Assembly: GCF_018350175.1 (NCBI RefSeq)
Contig: NC_058369.1
Span: forward strand, 10,108,001-10,172,000
Direction: 5' to 3'
DNA length: 64,000 nucleotides
Origin: Felis catus
Lineage: Eukaryota
In this document: positions 61,386 through 64,000 of the stretch, piece by piece
Numbering within the stretch: position 1 is the stretch's first letter
How the letters are laid out: each line of letters starts with the position of its first letter
The notes under the pieces: generated by a model
What the model saw: only the letters and a program-made list of their open reading frames with translations
What the model was told of the DNA's origin: nothing
The model's database searches: none
Made by a program: the position numbers and the translations under genes

Positions 61386-61517
61386 ACGTGGACAAATGTC
61401 AGCGGAAACCCAGACTCTGTAAAGGCCGCAGCATCTGCATCAACACCCAGGGCAACTACACCTGCAGGTGCCCACCCGGCTTGGAGCTCAACCTGAGCGA
61501 CCCAAATGTGTGCTCAG
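61386..61517 (+). CDS. ADGRE5: ADGRE5 exon 5, EGF3 (DVDKCQRKPRLCKGRSICINTQGNYTCRCPPGLELNLSDPNVCS)
   Basis: ccttccccctgcag| acceptor, G|GTAGAG donor, 132 nt; six Cys intact. Confidence 0.93.
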
Positions 61518-62094
61518 GTAGAGGCCCCGGAAGACGCTGTGAGGCTGTGCCGGAGCTGGGGTGGGGCCAAGGCGGACCCCGCAGCCCTCGGAGCAGGGAG
61601 AAGAGCCTTGGGTTCCTGAAACACTAGGGCTTTGCTCTGCCCAAGGATCTGCCTCCCCAGAAGGCCCACCACAGAGCAGGGAGGTAGCAGGGCCTTCCGG
61701 GCCTGGGGTTCCCTTGTGGAGCCCCCCACCTCTGTGAGCATCCCCTGGTCTCGCCCCTTCCTCACCTGCCCCTTGGGAGCAGGGGGAGGGTGTCGCTTCC
61801 AGTTCCTGGAAAGGGAGCCTGGGCCAGAGCTGGGGAGGGAGTAGCTGAGAGTCCTTGGAAAGAAAGTCCGGTCCCCATGACTCAGTTTTCCCCCTGGTTT
61901 CACAGCCTGTAAACCGGGGACCATGGTCCCTGCCACGCCCATCTTGCAGGGAGGCCATCATAAGGTGCACTGAGATTGAGGTGGAAGGTCACCAGGGGGC
62001 AGCACGTGCAATAACAGCAGGGTCCCTGATGCCGGGCAGCGAGAGGTGGGTGCAGCCAGTGGAGGGGACCCTGACCCTCTGGCTTTGTCCTCAG

Positions 62095-62241
62095 ATGTGA
62101 ATGAATGTACCTCGGGGCAAAACCCGTGCCACAACACCACCCACTGCCTCAACAACATTGGGAGCTATGAGTGCCGCTGCCGCCCTGGCTGGAAGCCCAT
62201 TCCTGGGTCCCCCAATGGCCCAAACAACACCGTCTGTGAAG
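62095..62241 (+). CDS. ADGRE5: ADGRE5 exon 6, EGF4 ([49 protein letters not shown])
   Basis: tcctcag| acceptor, G|GTCCAG donor, 147 nt; near-identical to the recalled human CD97/EMR2 EGF4. Confidence 0.95.
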
Positions 62242-62702
62242 GTCCAGAGCTCAGATGCCACGTCCTGGAGACCCACACTCAGAACAGCTGATTGCATGCG
62301 TATTCAGTGGCACCCACACCACCCAAGCAGAATGAATGCTGGCGGTGCCCTCCTGTGCCAAGCGTTAATTCTCTTGAGGCTAGATGGGAAAAGATCTGGG
62401 GGGGGGGGGGCGGGGATCCTGGGGAAGGAGCCGGGGTACTGAGGAGCAGGCTCCTTGGAGACCCCAGGCGGCAGCTAATTACCAACTGGGACAAAGGTGT
62501 TTCAATAGTTCACAACCTGCACATCTGTACAGGGCTCACGTGCTATGTGTCAGGCCTCCCCACACTTCCCATAACTCCTGCATCACCAGGATGTGGGGTC
62601 GGCAGGGGACGTCACCTCCAGCCAAGGTGGGAGGTACTAATATGGGGAAAGGGGGCGGGACACAGAAGGAGAAGGGCCCGAGTCCCATCTTTGTGTCCCC
62701 AG

Positions 62703-62849
62703 ATGTGGATGAGTGCAGCTTCCGGCCGCCTGTGTGCCACAACTCCACCGTCTGCGTCAACACCGTGGGCTCATACAGGTGCCGCTGCCGCCGTGGCTGG
62801 GAGCTCAAACCCGGATTCCAGAATAAGCAAATGAACACCACCTGTCAAG
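62703..62849 (+). CDS. ADGRE5: ADGRE5 exon 7, EGF5 (DVDECSFRPPVCHNSTVCVNTVGSYRCRCRRGWELKPGFQNKQMNTTCQ)
   Basis: tccccag| acceptor, G|GTAGCT donor, 147 nt; cbEGF consensus. Confidence 0.95.
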
Positions 62850-62937
62850 GTAGCTGGTCTGACCTGACCCCAGCCGCCATCCCAACACACACACAGACAC
62901 TCTCACACCTAATAAATGGCTGTTTTATCGCCTGCAG

Positions 62938-62984
62938 AGATGTCCTTCCCTGCCTGGACCGAACCCCCTGGAATCAAGAGCCAG
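62938..62984 (+). CDS. ADGRE5: ADGRE5 exon 8, start of stalk (EMSFPAWTEPPGIKSQ)
   Basis: cctgcag| acceptor after an 88-nt intron, CAG|GTGGGT donor, 47 nt phase 1-0; matches the M.F..WT.PPG..SQ motif of CD97/EMR2. Confidence 0.92.
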
Positions 62985-63126
62985 GTGGGTGGCCCCAGCA
63001 GGGACCAGGAGGCAGGAATCCCTCTGTGCCGCCCGCCTAATTCCCCCAGTTTCCCCAAGCTCCCCCCCCCCACCCCAACACACATACGCGAGGCTCTCTG
63101 ACCCGCCCCTTCTCCTCTCTTCCCAG

Positions 63127-63204
63127 AGACTCTCCGACTTCTTTAAAAAAGTCCAAGTTCTGCGCAGAGACTTCAAGCCGGCCTTGGCTCAGGACACCAT
63201 CCAG
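63127..63204 (+). CDS. ADGRE5: ADGRE5 exon 9 (RLSDFFKKVQVLRRDFKPALAQDTIQ); gene continues beyond the window
   Basis: Strong polypyrimidine tract with tcccag| acceptor, CAG|GTAAGA donor, 78 nt phase 0-0; LS.FF..VQ.L.RD.K motif of the CD97/EMR2 stalk. Confidence 0.92.
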
Positions 63205-63669
63205 GTAAGAGCAAGCGCTGGGGGGGGGGGGGGGGGTGTGAACCCGTGGACAGCATGGGGTGGCAGAGGGATGCTTCCGTGTGAGTGGAGACAGCCCAAG
63301 CAGGGGTTACACGAGCACAAACACAAACATACATACACCCCTTAAAACGCACACACGCACACTGGAGAGGCACAGAATGCCAACAGAATGCAGCAGTCAA
63401 GAATTTCGCCTCCCTAGTTAGGCCACAAGGGCTCAAATCCCCCCCATCCCACCCACCCTGCCCCACCGATTGCCACTTTCTGCTGTGTGACGTCAGGCGA
63501 GTGAGTCTCCCTCTCTGAGCCTCATTCTCCTCGTCTGAAAATAGTGCCTGCTTTACACAGTTGGGTTTGAAGGTTTCTGTGAACCAAAAGAAGTAAGGCT
63601 CAAAGAAAGAACGGTGCCTGGCACACAGTGAGCATGATGTGTTAAGGTTTAGCCTATGTGTTAAGCTGG

Positions 63670-64000
63670 GGAGAAATATGTGAGCCCATGTCATTTTAAA
63701 TTTTCCAGTAGTGGGGCGCCTGACTGGCTCAGTCGGAAGGGCGTGCCACTCTTGGTCTCGGGGTTGTGAGTTCAAGCCCCACGCTGGGTGTAGAGATGGC
63801 TATAAAATTGTTTTAAATTATATATGCTAACTAAATTGGATGTAAATTTTAAAAATAAAATTAAATATATATATCAAAAAAATTTTAATTAAAAAAGCAA
63901 ACAAAAATAAAAATTTCCAGTAGCTACATTAAAATAAACAAAAGTAAACAAGTGAAATTGATGTGGAGATCGCATTTAACCCAGCAGATTCAAAATTATT
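63670..64000 (+). mobile_element. MER33-type element containing a short-type CAN-SINE (63713-~63800; TSD aaatttt?ccagtag) with an L1 3' stub in its tail
   Basis: ttttaaattttccagtag[SINE]aaatttccagtagctacattaaaa...aagtgaaatt. Confidence 0.7.

Noticed and set aside
62911..62916. AATAAA in the 88-nt intron 7 as a polyadenylation signal
   Set aside because: Overlaps the likely branch point (CCTAAT), lies very close to a splice donor, and lacks a clear downstream GU-rich element.
54261..63204. Calling the gene ADGRE2/EMR2
   Set aside because: EGF and stalk sequences cannot discriminate, but the MGG... signal peptide resembles bovine and human CD97 rather than the recalled dog EMR2, and the long gene-free upstream interval fits ADGRE5. 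Residual uncertainty remains because the 7TM exons are outside the window.

Overview
Mammalian genomic DNA from a felid, judged from about 45 CAN-SINE copies that include the young cat-type subfamily. The last ~10 kb hold the promoter and first nine coding exons (+ strand, ATG at 54261) of the adhesion GPCR ADGRE5/CD97. These encode a signal peptide, five EGF domains and the start of the stalk: 918 nt or 306 codons, all introns GT-AG, with the gene continuing past the window. The first ~54 kb are GC-rich intergenic DNA with no recognisable protein-coding gene. They are filled with CAN-SINEs, MaLR/ERVL LTRs, hAT DNA transposons, L1/L2/MIR fragments and microsatellites, interrupted by SINE-free islands that look regulatory. 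I found no convincing novel multi-gene system. The most interesting observations are: (i) an EGF3 that has lost its calcium-binding Glu (DVDKC) and gained two N-glycosylation sequons; (ii) a MEF2/E-box cluster ~4-5 kb upstream of ADGRE5; (iii) an orphan CpG island whose flank is an old L1 strongly shifted from AT to GC; (iv) AP-1/ETS and RFX elements in intron 1; (v) homeodomain-motif islands; (vi) nested and young retrotransposon insertions. Repeat family names and comparisons with orthologues come from recalled consensus or protein sequences, not database searches. Repeat boundaries are approximate.
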